Positions 26,801-53,201 of a DNA stretch of 64,000 bases are shown here, one piece after another. This DNA is from Bugula neritina (Eukaryota; Animalia; Bryozoa), in assembly GCA_964035545.1 (NCBI GenBank), contig OZ037765.1, positions 13,216,698 to 13,280,697 of the forward strand, read 5' to 3'. Under the pieces are notes generated by a model that worked only from the letters and a program-made list of their open reading frames with translations, searched no databases and was not told where the DNA came from. The position numbers and the translations under genes were made by a program. Position 1 is the stretch's first letter; every line of letters begins with the position of its first letter.

Positions 26801-29800
26801 TAGTTGTATTCTAATTGACTATGGCATATGACATGTTGTAATTATGTGTTCAAAATCATATATTATATTTGGATGACTAATTAATAATAAAAAGTTAAAA
26901 TAATTAGATAATAATGAGGCACAAAATTTGGTATTTGCTTGACAGCATAACAGAATACTTATTTCAGTGCTTGACCAATAGAATAAAAATTGAAATTTTA
27001 GTTTTTACTGTTCATTATGAATTTGGCTAAATATAAAAAACTGCATACTAGGTCTAATTTAATATCTACTTTGTAGTGAACTAAGCTGTGATTTGGGCAA
27101 TAAATCCTCAATGATGTCCTTTATTGTATTATTATTCTAACATTACACTGGTTGACATCATTTGACACTGATTGACATCGTCAAGACTACAATTGCAATT
27201 CAAAACTTACATAATCTCCGCATAAACTTATATAAACAATATTAAAAATACAAACAGTTGTATTCCACAAAAAGAAACAATATAATAAATATAAATGACT
27301 TACTTATTTTTGCTCTCTTAAAATTACAACTAGTCCACTAGCATCAACAATTGCCAAGTGCCAGAGGTCTTTTAGTTAGCACTGGCTGTGCTGTAGAAAG
27401 CTTTTCTTTGTAGGTTCTCAATTTAGCTAACATAGCCAAGCAAACTCACACTAATTTCACTACATACTTCAAACCCATAAACTCTGTATTTTAAATTTTC
27501 AAAATAACTCTCACTAGTTATGTGTTTTGGATTTAACCAATAAGAGTTAGCCATTTTTAGCTTACCTCAAAGCATTTAAAGCAACAAATAAAAAATATAT
27601 ATATATATATATATATATTGAAACAAAGGTTTTTAAAAAATATTACATGTAATTCATGCCTAAAATTTACCAAGTTAATTGTTTTGAAAACTTGCTAAAA
27701 TTATTATCTATATCTTCTTGTCATGTGTCATATGAAATTGTTTTTTATACTTGCATTGCATTTAGATTTTATAAGTGTATTATAATTTTTTGATTAGCCT
27801 GAAGCAGCGAAAAATAAAAACAACTGGCGGCAGAAGCATGAGCAACTGATACAAGGCTTAAAAGCAGCTAGAGGTGTACAGGCAGCATTGGCTTCTGGTC
27901 AGCCTCTTCCACCTCCACCCCCTCCAGTTTTTAATCCAGATTATGTGCAATGTCCATCTTGTTCTAGAAGGTTAGACTGCAATTTATTGTAGTACTGAGC
28001 ATTTGCATTATGCAATATTATTGTGTAGTTTTTCATTAGTTATGTTCTGTTTAAAAGTAATCAATTTTTTCAGCCAACAAACTTTATTAGAGTTAGAAAT
28101 GTCACCATGTATTGTTTCTCTCAAACCAACTTTATTGACTTGCTTTTTATCCAAATTAAAACTAGACTACAGCACTTAAATATGGTAAAGTGTGTGTGGT
28201 TATTGAATTAACTGTTGTTTTATATTCCTGTATGTGTTTAGATTTAATGAAACTGCCGCAGAGAGACATATTCCTTTCTGCAAAGAAAAAAACAAACGAA
28301 TTCCTGATAAAAAGTCAGTAGATCCTAATGCACAACGTAGAAAGGATGCTAGATTAAATGTAAGTTTTAGGTGAACTACTAGTCATATATAATTTTTGAC
28401 TATTATTTATACCTTTTTTTCTTGAATTAGAAGTTAAAAGTTAAGCTCTTACAACTTCATTTATTGGTAAAAACTGGGTCAGGAAGCTGCTTTTTTTTAT
28501 ATAAATGATACTATAGGTTCTTGCTTTTCAACAATCTTTCCTTCTATTCAATTTTGCATTTATATACATAGCAACAACTTACACCCTATGTAAAGGCTTG
28601 TTTATTTATGAACAGCATTGTTTATTGTTTTAGTATAAAACTGCAAAACCAAAGTTGAAAGGCCGTGAAGATACAATGCATCAGTCATCGCCAGCAGGTA
28701 TTATATATTTTTTGTAAACATGTATTTTACATGACTATTTTCTGGTTCGAGCATGTAGCAGCATTGATGATGGCTATTAGAATATGTGCATTTGAGTAAA
28801 ACATCAATGCCATATTATGATTAATATGCAATAAAAAGAATGGTGTTCTATAATTTTTATATATATTTCATTTCGTTAAATTGCTGTATTTTTCTCATAG
28901 AAACAAGCTGACTCTGATGTACTTACACTTTGCTATTTACTTGCCATTGCATTTACATAATTCATTGATATAGAGGTTAACGCTTTAGTCCAAAAGTAAC
29001 TCATTTTTGTCATTGTACTCAACCCTCTTGATGGTACAATATATAATTGACAGGTCGAAATGGAGTAGAAACTAATAATTATAGTGCACCATTAAGAACT
29101 GGCAGAACAGAAACAGGGTTGAATAATGCTTTAAACAAGCGAGCTGGCTCCCTAGATCGCCGGAAAGGAGCTGGAGATGGCTCATCAGGATTTAGCAGAC
29201 GTTTCAACAGTAATGAAACTATTTCTAAAATGGATACTGAGTGAGTTGGATCTTCATTAGTAAATAAAATTTATCTTTCATTTAATTCATTATTTTTCTA
29301 AACTTTATGTTCTTTCTATTATTTTAAATGATGTAGCTTAGAAGTCTGTACAAATTTTTAAGATGAATCTAGGTTAATGTAACTTTAAACAGTGTTCATT
29401 TCCCTTGTACTATAATTTATTTTGCATCTACTATTTTTATAACTTTTGCATCTACTAGTTACTTGTTAATGCCATCTTATTATGCAAGACATTAAACTTT
29501 ATTATATTTTCTTCTTAGTTATCAGCTGATAGTTGTAATGCACAGTTCTTTAACACTACATGCCAAAAATGTCCTAAATGAATTTAATATTACTCTTCTA
29601 TTTAGAAACAGTCGACATGATTACAGTTATACCCCATCTCCTACTGGCCGGCCTCCATCTGGTGGATCCTATCAGCACAAGTCTCGTAAAGGTTCTGGAA
29701 GATCAACAATATCTGTTCAGGGTTATGATGCCGGGATGAAGTCGCACATGAATGGGTCAGGAGATGACACGTACCAACCCGTGCGTCATTCCAACTCGAG

Positions 29801-29912
29801 GAGAGCAAAGACTGGCAGTGCCTCCAAATTTTGTCATGAATGTGGAAACAAATTCTGTAGAATGGATGCTAAATTTTGCTGTGAATGTGGTTTGAGACGA
29901 ATGGTTTTGTAA
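23855..29912 (+). CDS. ZC2HC1A: Zinc finger C2HC domain-containing protein 1A-like
   Basis: Exons 23855-23870 (MAEYD), 25358-25434 (LVPCSVCNRTF), 25545-25676 (KHERICSK...KRKVF), 27798-27970 (NWRQKHEQ...LPPPPPPVFNPDYVQCPSCSRR), 28242-28359 (FNETAAERHIPFCKE), 28634-28697, 29054-29240, 29606-29912 (KFCHECG...AKFCCECGLRRMVL stop). All GT-AG, phases consistent, motifs diagnostic of the family. Confidence 0.93.
24362..25016. mobile_element. MITE/foldback-like element (~655 bp) with long imperfect terminal inverted repeats, in ZC2HC1A intron 1
   Basis: Left end ATAGACAATGTAAAACTCAGTCAATCAGGAGTGTGCACCACTCAAGCATCTCA aligns with the reverse complement of the right end, ATAGACCATGTAAAACTCAGCCAATCAAAAGTGTGTACCACTCAAATATCTCA. 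Similarity continues for about 140 bp. No clear TSD. Confidence 0.8.
27595..27618. repeat. (AT)n microsatellite
   Basis: Direct reading. Confidence 0.85.
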
Positions 29913-32774
29913 TGTGCCATGCTAAAGTTTAGTGTTGCGTTTTCTCAATCATGACTCTGAGACACACTGTGATTTAATGTGTTGTTCAAGTGTAGGTGTC
30001 GTTTGAATCAGCTAGTCTACAGTTAATTGCTAATATAAAGCATCAACAAACTTTTACAAACCACCAACATACACAATGAACTGTTATTTATTTATGCAAT
30101 AATACTTTTTCTCTTGCTAATTTTGAAAAATAGCAACTTTTTATTGAAATATGGAACTGAACCTTAATAGATCATTAATGATTTTTTGAAAGAAAATGCT
30201 TTTTATGACACTAAGATTATTGTATCTTTTCTGAATATTATTTTGCTTGCTTCTAAAGAAGAGTGGCACTTTTAGAATAATATACCATTACATACATTTA
30301 AAATTGTATTATCAACTCTCTTTTGCTTAAATTTAAGCTTATTTAAAAAGTCTATGGAGCAAAGCAATGTTGATCAACCGAATGCTAAGCATTTGCCTAT
30401 GTGTCATAGTGTATTCTAATATAGATGCATTCATTTGCGTATGCTTACCTTCACAATTATAGAAATATATTGAAACATCATAAAGTACGTTTTTTCATAA
30501 GAGTATAAGTATTTTATAAGGCTGAATTATTTACATGGTCATATTATTATAATTTAACGTTTCACAATATTTAAGACCAGTGACTGACGACGCACCTTAT
30601 GAGATAAAATTTCTTACAAAGCAAAATAATAATTTTGATATCTAATTTGGCTATCATTTACATTGATAGATACACAATATTTCATAATTTATCTACAATG
30701 TAATGTTTCGAGACATATAATTGTATGTATGATCAATGTATCAAACAATAATCTATGACGTACTGAGCTTCTAAACAGGCTTTTCATATATATTTTTATT
30801 GCACATGCAAAACAACATCTATAAAATTGTTGAGCACTGCAGTTTGCATAGTCAATTTAAATAAAAATACTAATCTGCGTTCAGAAAATGCATCTAACTG
30901 CATCTACTTGGTTTGCCTAATTCAGGAAACTAAAATAAGTTGGAAACTAAATATCATATTACATTTCTGCCACCTGCATTGCTTATATTATATATGCTTT
31001 CAGACAAGAATCGGTTATTTCTATTGTGTTCTAGTGCGTGTGTTGTCTGTTTATATAGAAAAACAGCAAGAATAGTATATGCAAAAGTTTTATATGGCCA
31101 ATTGTGTAGAAAAAAATATACAAGTTATCTGAAAGAGAGCAGTTGAGGTTTATAGTGAAATTAGAGTTTTGGCAAGTTATCAACATAACTATTAATAATT
31201 AGCTCAGTAAATAACATAGCAAGCCTACATCTAGGCAATGGGAACATTAATATCTCAAACTGCACCCGCGAAACAACAAAATTAATAAAATAAAAGCAAC
31301 AGTAGCTGCCATATAATCTTCACTCCCAGTTGTCATCATGGAAAGATAACTCTAAATTTAGTTGCATTGGTCGAATTTTCAATATTACGAATAATAGGTC
31401 ATTTCGTTTACATAAATAGTTACAACATGATATTATAAAAAATTAAATGCAAATGACAACCAATTAAATTTGAAGAAAAAAATATCTCTATTTTTAATGT
31501 CAGCTGTAAAAGTAGTAAAAGGTCTCAGTTGAATGGTATATATAATCGGCGATATTTTACCATAAACAATTAACCGGATATCTGTTATCAACAGACCTGA
31601 ATAATTTAGACTGATAGCGCTGGCTTCCTTGAAACCCAATATTTTATCACTATCACTATGACCACTAAAAATATTAAAAAAACGTAGCTTTCTTTTAGTC
31701 GACCTCATTCACTTTAATCTATTTGTCGGTATCAATTCAAACAAAAATTAAATTTAAAGCAGCGATTTTTGTGCAGTATGAGTATGACTTAGACTATGAG
31801 TATGACTGATGATAGTGACTATTACTAATACTAACAGTAAATGTAATACTAGGAGTAGTACTACTCTAGTGTACTAGTAGTAGTAGTACTACTACTAATA
31901 GAGACTAAGTAAGTCACAACTGTAACACTAGCAGTAACTTAGTAGTACTCATAATGATAATCATACTCATACTTACTCATAGTATTAGTAGTAGTACACT
32001 TTAAATGTGATGCAGTCACTTAGAATTAGTGTGTAATTTTTTTCATTGTGATAAAATGCTCATAATAAATATAATAATGATTTAGTATTTACTGTTCACA
32101 ATTACTATTACTATTAGTACTTAGAGTATTACTTTTGTATTAGTATAGTACATCTTTTAGTGTTTGTCACTGGGCTTAATTTTGTACCACAAACACTAAC
32201 AGCTGTAATCTGTAAGCCTTAGTCTTACAGTTACAGCATGAGTATATCACTAGCTGTACTACAGCCATTAACTTTAAGCTATGAGTAGATGTATTACTGT
32301 AGTAGTGCTAGTTGAGCTAGTATTACTTTTTGGTAATAGGTCTAAGGGTTAAGCCTAAAGGTAATGATAATTTATTAAGGCCATTTGACTTTGTCATTTT
32401 TTTAAATAGTAATAGTTACCTGATAGTCATAGAATTGATAGTTGTAGTATTAATATTTAATAATAAAAATACTTGAAAATATATATCCTTAATAATAAAG
32501 ATATATATTTTCAAGTTGTTTGGTACTTAGATAAAAGACAAAATTATGAGCTCACTGCAAAATTTAAGTTATACAAATTTTGCAGTTTTATATTTTGGTG
32601 ATGAAAAAAAGATTTAAAAATTAAAATTGAATATATCTTTCATTTAAAGCGATTGTTTACGTGAAGCAACTGAATTGATATACTATTACCTGTAGCATAT
32701 TTGTTTTGATGCCAACATTGGTATTAGATTAATTCTTCACTGCTTTGCAAAGTTTTAATAAATTTTTTCAAGCA

Positions 32775-35700
32775 ATGGCAGACGTGACTGCAGGGAGTGA
32801 TCGCAGTGGGACAGCTGAAACCAAAAAGTCAAAAAAGCCTGCCAGTAAGTTTACCACAAACTGCGTGTCTAAAGGAATTACTATTACTTTGTCTGTGTCA
32901 TGATAAAGTGCTAATTTTTACAATCTTTATTGATTTACTTTGCATCGTGAATTGTTTTAAAAAAAGTTGTGTAATAAATATAGTTTTTCCTAATATGAGT
33001 TTCATGCTTCTTTAAAGATACAGCTTTCAAGCAGCAAAGATTGCCGGCATGGCAGCCAGTAATGACCGCTAAATCCGTCATACCCACATTTTTCATCATA
33101 GGCATAATATTTGTGCCCATAGGAGCTGTTCTGTTTACCACCTCTCAGGCTGTAAGTATTAGCTAGTATTTTATTACATATTAATAATTTATATAAAAAC
33201 TGATGCAAGTTTATAGTCACTATCCCTGTGAGAGCACCTTTGATGGGAAGGAATTTTTAAAGCAGGCTAATATTTATTCATATGTGGCACAGAATCAATT
33301 ATTACTGGATGCTTTTTCTAACATCACCAATGGCTTTTACTGGGGTCTGAGCCCATGACTCCATGTTTACTAAGCAAACACTCTAACGGCCTAGACCACG
33401 GCTGCCCCTTATGTTAATACTTTATATATTATATGTAAAAAGGAAAAAAATGTATCACTCACAAATGGTTTTTTGCAATTTTATTTAAATCTATGGTCCT
33501 TTGCATGAAAGTGGGTCTTAAGTTGCTGCTAAATTATTATGACTTGAGGTCATAAAAACGATTGTACAACATTGTGGCGTGAAATTTTGCTCAATGGTTT
33601 TTTAAATCGGTTTCCCAAATCTTGTATAGCATTATGCATGATTTTAAAAGTGATGAAAGCTGTTTATTTAATGTTATTTTACTATGCGACTTTTATGTTA
33701 TAATTTAATTGATTGGGTTTAAAGATGATGTTAAAATGTAGCTATACATACCTGAAACAACTCTTAATAAATTTTAAAAAAGATAATTCTAATTTTATAA
33801 CTTTTGTATATCCAGTACATAAGTGTGTTTTGAATGTTGAAACCTACTTATGTACATATGTATATGATTTAATTTTTCTTTAACCAATTGTTTTATTGCA
33901 CAACTAAGAATTATAATATTATATTTGTTTGATGAAACTCTAATTTGGTAATATACATGTTACTTCCAATAACTTCATCTTCCAATACATTTATTTATAA
34001 TAATATGATAGTTTTTGTTAATCAATTGTTTCAAGATTATTATGGCTGTATTTTAGGTACAGGAGTTAGTTATTGATTACACTGAGAATGGTACTTGTAG
34101 TGACTGTGCTGATACTCTCAATACCTCAGCAGCACATGACAGTAGTTATGTCCCTTGTATTTGCAGCCTTAACTTTACGCTGGACAATGATTTTAAGGTA
34201 TAGGTGCTATACCAACTTTTGCATTGTTATGTTGATATAACTATTTGTATTTCGCCTTTATATGTTTCCAACTGTTATTCCAGATATGGTCAAGCTTGTT
34301 AGTCAACACATTATTGAGATACTGATTGTTTAATTTGTGATGCATTGGAAAATTTTAGAATGTGAAACAATAATTTATCTCTAACTTGTTCTAATATGGC
34401 CACTACTCACTAGCCATAATACCGCAGCTCTCACTTTGTTACTTTGACTCGGAACAAAACTCATGCAACTTTATCTAACTAACCTAGCGTACTCTGCGTA
34501 GCCCATAAGAGTTTAGTTCTGAATACCACATTTATTGTTTCACATAGGGACCGGTATACATGTACTATGGCTTAGACAACTTCTATCAGAATCACAGGCG
34601 ATATGTGAAGTCAAGAGATGATGTTCAGCTGTTGGGTGAAGTTCGAACTCTTTCAGGTTTAACAGAATTGAGTACGGACTGTAATCCATATAGGTATGTT
34701 TTCTCAACTTACCAATTATTTATATCACCATGTTCCTACTGTTTCCTATTGCTTGCCTCACTCTCTGTAGTATTGAATATAGATACTATAAGGATGCTGT
34801 GTCAACTGTGGATGTTTATGTTTGTAGGACTATAGAAAGTGGTGGCACTGAGATGCTTGTAGCTCCATGTGGCGCAATTGCCAACAGTCTGTTCAATGGT
34901 TGGTGGCTGTATAAATTAACAAAGGACACTTAGTTCTGTTTTTAACATTTTATGAATTGTATGAAAAGATTGGCTTGTAAAGTCAATTAAAAGTGCATGT
35001 ATCTAGGCATTTTACTTTTAATATAGCTATCTTTGCATCAGCATTTGGGTTGCAAATTTGTCAAAGTTTTAAATGTACTCACTTGTTTTCTTTATTTATA
35101 TTTATTAATATAATCTTGAATGACTTATGTAAGGTTCCCATTATAGGTGATCTATGGACTATTTTTAAGGTTTTTACTAATTTTACAGACACATTAAAAT
35201 TGAGATATGAGAATACAATTGTGGAGTTAGATTACAAAGGTATTGCCTGGCCAACTGATAAGAGTTCTAAATTCAAGAATCCTCCATATACGAATGACCT
35301 TTGTGATGCGGAAGGTATGTCTTTATTTTCTAGGAGAAAATTGTATTTAAATATTGCCATTCGTTTTATAATTATTGACTCTTTTTTATAAGCAATAAAT
35401 AGTTTACTTGATAATAAGCAGTTAATTGTGTGTTACAGCGTTTAAGCACACCATCAAACCTCCTAATTGGCCAAAACGTGTTTGTGAACTGGACACCTCA
35501 GATCCAGATAACAATGGCTACCAAAATGAAGACCTCATAGTCTGGATGAGAAATGCAGCTTTGCCAAACTTTAGGAAACTCTACAGGAAAATTAAACCCT
35601 CTGATACTTTTAAGGATGGTGGTCTACCTGAGGGCAACTACGTCTTGGAAATTGAATATAGTATGTTGATAAAGTTGTCTCTATTGTATTGGTTATAAAT

Positions 35701-37475
35701 ATGAATCACTATTTGCAGAATCTTACTTGGTGACCAAATGTTAACAGCTGTCCAGTCAACCAATCATTAATATACCAGCTCTGACTACTAAACCTTCAGC
35801 TAATCAGGGTGCAGATTGAGATTCACTAAATTAAACTACAGATAAATCCATTTTAAATTAAATGTTGTAATCTCGCTATTAAACAATCCATAATCTTGTA
35901 AACATTTAGTGTTGAGATGAATAAATTTTTTAGTATCTTGTGTTAGTTAAAACTAGTCTCTGTACATTAGATTGCTCTTCGTCAAATAGCTAGAGATTGT
36001 TCTTTACTGTTTATTGCAATACTATTGTAAGTATTGCTATGCAAAGCTGAAATCTGTAGTTCTGATAAGTTAGTTTGGTTATTAGAAACAAATTTTAGCA
36101 ATAATGCTTTTGCTAGATCATATTGCTTTGTTAATTGAACCTATTCTGTTGCTACTGCTGAAGGTTGATGATACTTATTTTTAAATTATATGATATAGTT
36201 TTTAAAATATCCAAACTGGCTAAAATGTTGATCCTAAAAAAATTAAATTTGTGAATCAAATCTTTAATGCGACATATTTTCCATTCTGATGATGACCCAA
36301 GGGTATAAGTTAAAACTTAAGTGTTTCAATAATATTTTTCTGGTAATATTTTAATGGCCTAGTTGTGTTAAATATATTTTTTATAAAATTGCTGCTAAGT
36401 TTTATTGCATAAGTCTTACAAAATGCATAGATGAAAATTTATTAATCCATACAAGTTAAATAAAATTGTTTGTCAATAGAACTCTCCTGAAACTTCACTC
36501 CCTTGTTTGTTATATTGCTCTTTGCATATGATCAGTAGGTGAGATGGTCAACTTTGTATATTGATTTTAATTGTCGTTGCAGATTATCCAGTAACAGTTT
36601 TTGGTGGACGTAAAAAGATGATTTTGTCAACGGTGAGCTGGATTGGTGGAAAAAACTCATTTCTTGGAATTGCTTACATCACCGTAGGAGTAATCTGCCT
36701 TCTGCTGGCTGTAATGTTTCTAGTTATTTGGTGTCGAACAAAGAAGTGAGTCTTCATGAATGGTTGTAAATTGGTTCTTTTTATTTCAATTCATACTACA
36801 TAAATAATTTACACTACAGTACGTCAATATGTTATGTCCAATTATTCAAACATCATAATCATAGCAACCAAAGTAAAATATAATTGGTCATTGAACAGGT
36901 AAATTTAATTGTTCACCAGAATTATACGTTACTCTGTTACAGTCTAAAGCAGTTTTCTGTGTTCTTGCAAGTTCTAAAAACAACCTTAAATTGCAGTTGG
37001 TTGTTCAGTTGTTTTTGGTTTTTTAATATTCATGTCATAAAGTAATTTGCAGTATACTTTTTAACACACATACATATGATTATTTAAAATTATTTATGAA
37101 AATCGATTTTTCGACATTGTCAACATTTAGGTTCTTAACCTATGTAATTTTATAAGCACCTTGAGGCCGCTGACTCTTACTCAAATTTGCAATATCTTTC
37201 ATCACCTATCTAAGAGGTTATACATACAATAATGTTTTTTGTATCTCACTGCATTGGGGTTAAATCTTGTAACCCCTGCTTTTTATAGTGATTTACTTTT
37301 AAATATGTGTTATTTAGTACTTTAACATGCAGTGAATAAGTTAAGCTCTTAGTTGTAAACTAGACTAATAACCTTAGTAGGTATTTGGAATGTATAATTC
37401 AATGAAACTGAAAAATACTTGTGTTGTAGAAACCAAGAAACCCTAGAGATAACCAACAAGACAAACTTTAACTAG
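32775..37475 (+). CDS. TMEM30A: CDC50A / TMEM30A, P4-ATPase phospholipid flippase beta subunit
   Basis: Exons 32775-32844, 33018-33151 ([14 protein letters not shown] + TM1), 34057-34197, 34548-34693 ([20 protein letters not shown]), 34828-34898 ([12 protein letters not shown]), 35189-35314, 35439-35660 ([21 protein letters not shown]), 36583-36745 ([14 protein letters not shown] + TM2), and probable last exon 37430-37475 ([14 protein letters not shown] stop). If unspliced, the stop is at 36747-36749. Confidence 0.94.
33205..33407 (-). mobile_element. tRNA-derived SINE copy 1 (TMEM30A intron 2)
   Basis: Minus strand begins GGGCAGCCGTGGTCTAGGCCGTTAGAGTG...GGGCTCAGACCC (Pol III A-box and B-box like). 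Homologous along its length to 41160-41353. Confidence 0.75.
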
Positions 37476-39880
37476 GAGTAAAATGGGAACACTATGGGCA
37501 ACGTGCAACCAACTTTTCACAGCTAAATCTCTGCACAGCCTTGCAGTTCTCAATAATCTGAAATAACGAAGTATACATTTGTATGCAGTTGCTGGCCTTT
37601 CTGATTCAGTTGTCATGCTATTTTGATTTTATGTTGTTTTTCTAGTCTTTCTTTCAAAGCCTCAATCTAACAAGTAAAAAGAAAACTCTTTATTTTATGA
37701 CACCAATCAGTTTATTGTATGCAAAATTTTAATTTATAGTATGCTTATAGAATATATTATATATTACTATTGGACTTGTTTATTTCTAATATCTATTTTT
37801 TTATCATTCCACAAACTAATAAACTTAGTACATGGTAGAGTTTCTTCTGAGTATAGCTTTTACTTTCTCACACCCATGAGTCATAACTATTTCATTAGAA
37901 CGAAATATACTGTACTATTGTTGAGTCAACCTCCACGGTTGGTTGCAAATCTTTCAACTCAACTGCCTCTAAATTTAATGCTATGGAATAATACAATTCA
38001 TAATCTATTTTACATTGAAATCTAATGCATTAAATGGCCCCTTTATGTGTGGCGTATTTATCTATTTGTATATCTTTATATATAATAATTATGTTGGTAT
38101 AATACATGTGAACTTTTAGGAAACTATTATTTTAATATTGATATACGTATATAATGACATAAAATCAAAGTAATTATACATTGTTGGGCAATCTATCAAT
38201 CAACGGCTGAAAAATTTTCCTTAGTTTAAGTTCAATTGGTCTAGAAATTTATCCAATAAACAATTTGACTCTATTCTCTAACTAAATTGCTTATAACAAT
38301 TTGCAAAAACAGGAGTAGGTACTAATTACAGGTTGATAAATAATGAGTAGATGACTTGCATTGGCACTTACAAATTAATCCTTTCAATGATACATTCACT
38401 TAAATATTGTAATTCCATTATAATTATGAGGGCTTTGCTGTCTCTGGTGTCGCATGCCAACACCATTGTGCAACTTAGCATCATATAGGAATATTGACAC
38501 ATTGCTAAATATAATTGTCATTTTATGTCGTATAGTAGATTACAGCATGTGCGGCTACATTTTACATAGATGTACAATACGCCTCAACTAGAATACCATT
38601 AGAACAACACAGATCAATAATTTAGTCAATAATTATTCTTACTACGGTAATGTGCTTTACAAAGTGCACATTAGTATGTATGAGAACTAGTCCACTGCTA
38701 GAACATTCCTACTCTGTAGTTTTATGCATTCTGAGTTGCTGCATCTAATAGTAACAGTAATTCTTCTTACTAACCAGAAGGAAAGGGCAAATAAGCTTTC
38801 ACTTTTGGAGGTAAGCTGCGAGCTTTTGTTACCATTAATTTACAACTACTCCATTAACTGTATTTGGAGATATCATAGCTAATTCATTACTCTGAAAACA
38901 ATGTTTTGTGAGTAGATGCAAATTTTTGATCAACTTGGATTTTAATTTTTGGTTCATATTATTTTATCAACACAAATTTGTTGAATTGAAACTAGTTGCA
39001 AAACCTGCTTCTTTGAACTCTTCAGTCTGTGGCAGGCTTTACTTCACAAATTAGCTGGTGATGTAAACAATTACATACAAATTGCATTAAACCTTTTTCT
39101 TTTATATCAATAGGTTATAGGAAGTTGGGCTAAAATTAGAGTGACCTAACATTTAGTGTATTGACACTCGGCCTTAAATTTTATTCAAAGTTGCATTTTA
39201 GTGCAAATTAAGTCTAAAGAATTATATATATTCAGAAATGTATCATATTTGAGCTTCAGACAATAAGGTTATAAGGAGCCTAAAGTCCAACTTCTATATA
39301 ACCAGTTGTAGTTCTAAAAATAAACTGAATATAATATGATTTACATTTAAATGGCTGGCAAAAATTAATATCAACTCCACCATAAAATTATGAACAAGAA
39401 ACAATCAATGTTAAAAGATTTTAAAACCTTTCAACAACCTCTTTTACATATAATTTTACAATGCAATTGTGATAAACTTGTTTGAACCTAGCTAGTTATT
39501 ATGAAAATTTGCTATGGATAATTTACATTTACATAATGGGTGCATGCAGTTGTAGTTTATCACAACATAGGCCAACAGAAAATGTTGCTGTGTGCAGTGT
39601 AATTCTAGCAGTTGTGTAACAGTTTGTGACACACACTCCATAAGCCAAAATTATAGAGTAAAACTTAAAAACTTAAGAGTGAAACTAGTGAAAAGGGAAA
39701 ATTGATGTAATAAAATTATTTTATCTACTGATGCAACTAATATTTCAATTGAATCATTAGCTGTAGATGCACTATTACTAGGACTTGCAAAGTTTAAAGT
39801 TCCAGATGAAAAGGAACCACCTGTAATACTGGAGTTGGCTTGTTGAAACAAATGCACTATTCTGGTTACTGCAAGCAAAA

Positions 39881-53201
<13,321 letters not shown>

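Noticed and set aside
30827-31708. Short intergenic ORFs (82, 68, 91 aa)
   Set aside because: AT-rich biased composition, no homology-like motifs.
33330-33407. tRNA gene
   Set aside because: Degenerate A/B boxes fused to a repeated body; it is a SINE head and does not fold as a full cloverleaf by eye.
39651-39878. 75-aa minus-strand ORF upstream of synapsin
   Set aside because: No recognisable domain or splice context; consistent with a chance ORF.
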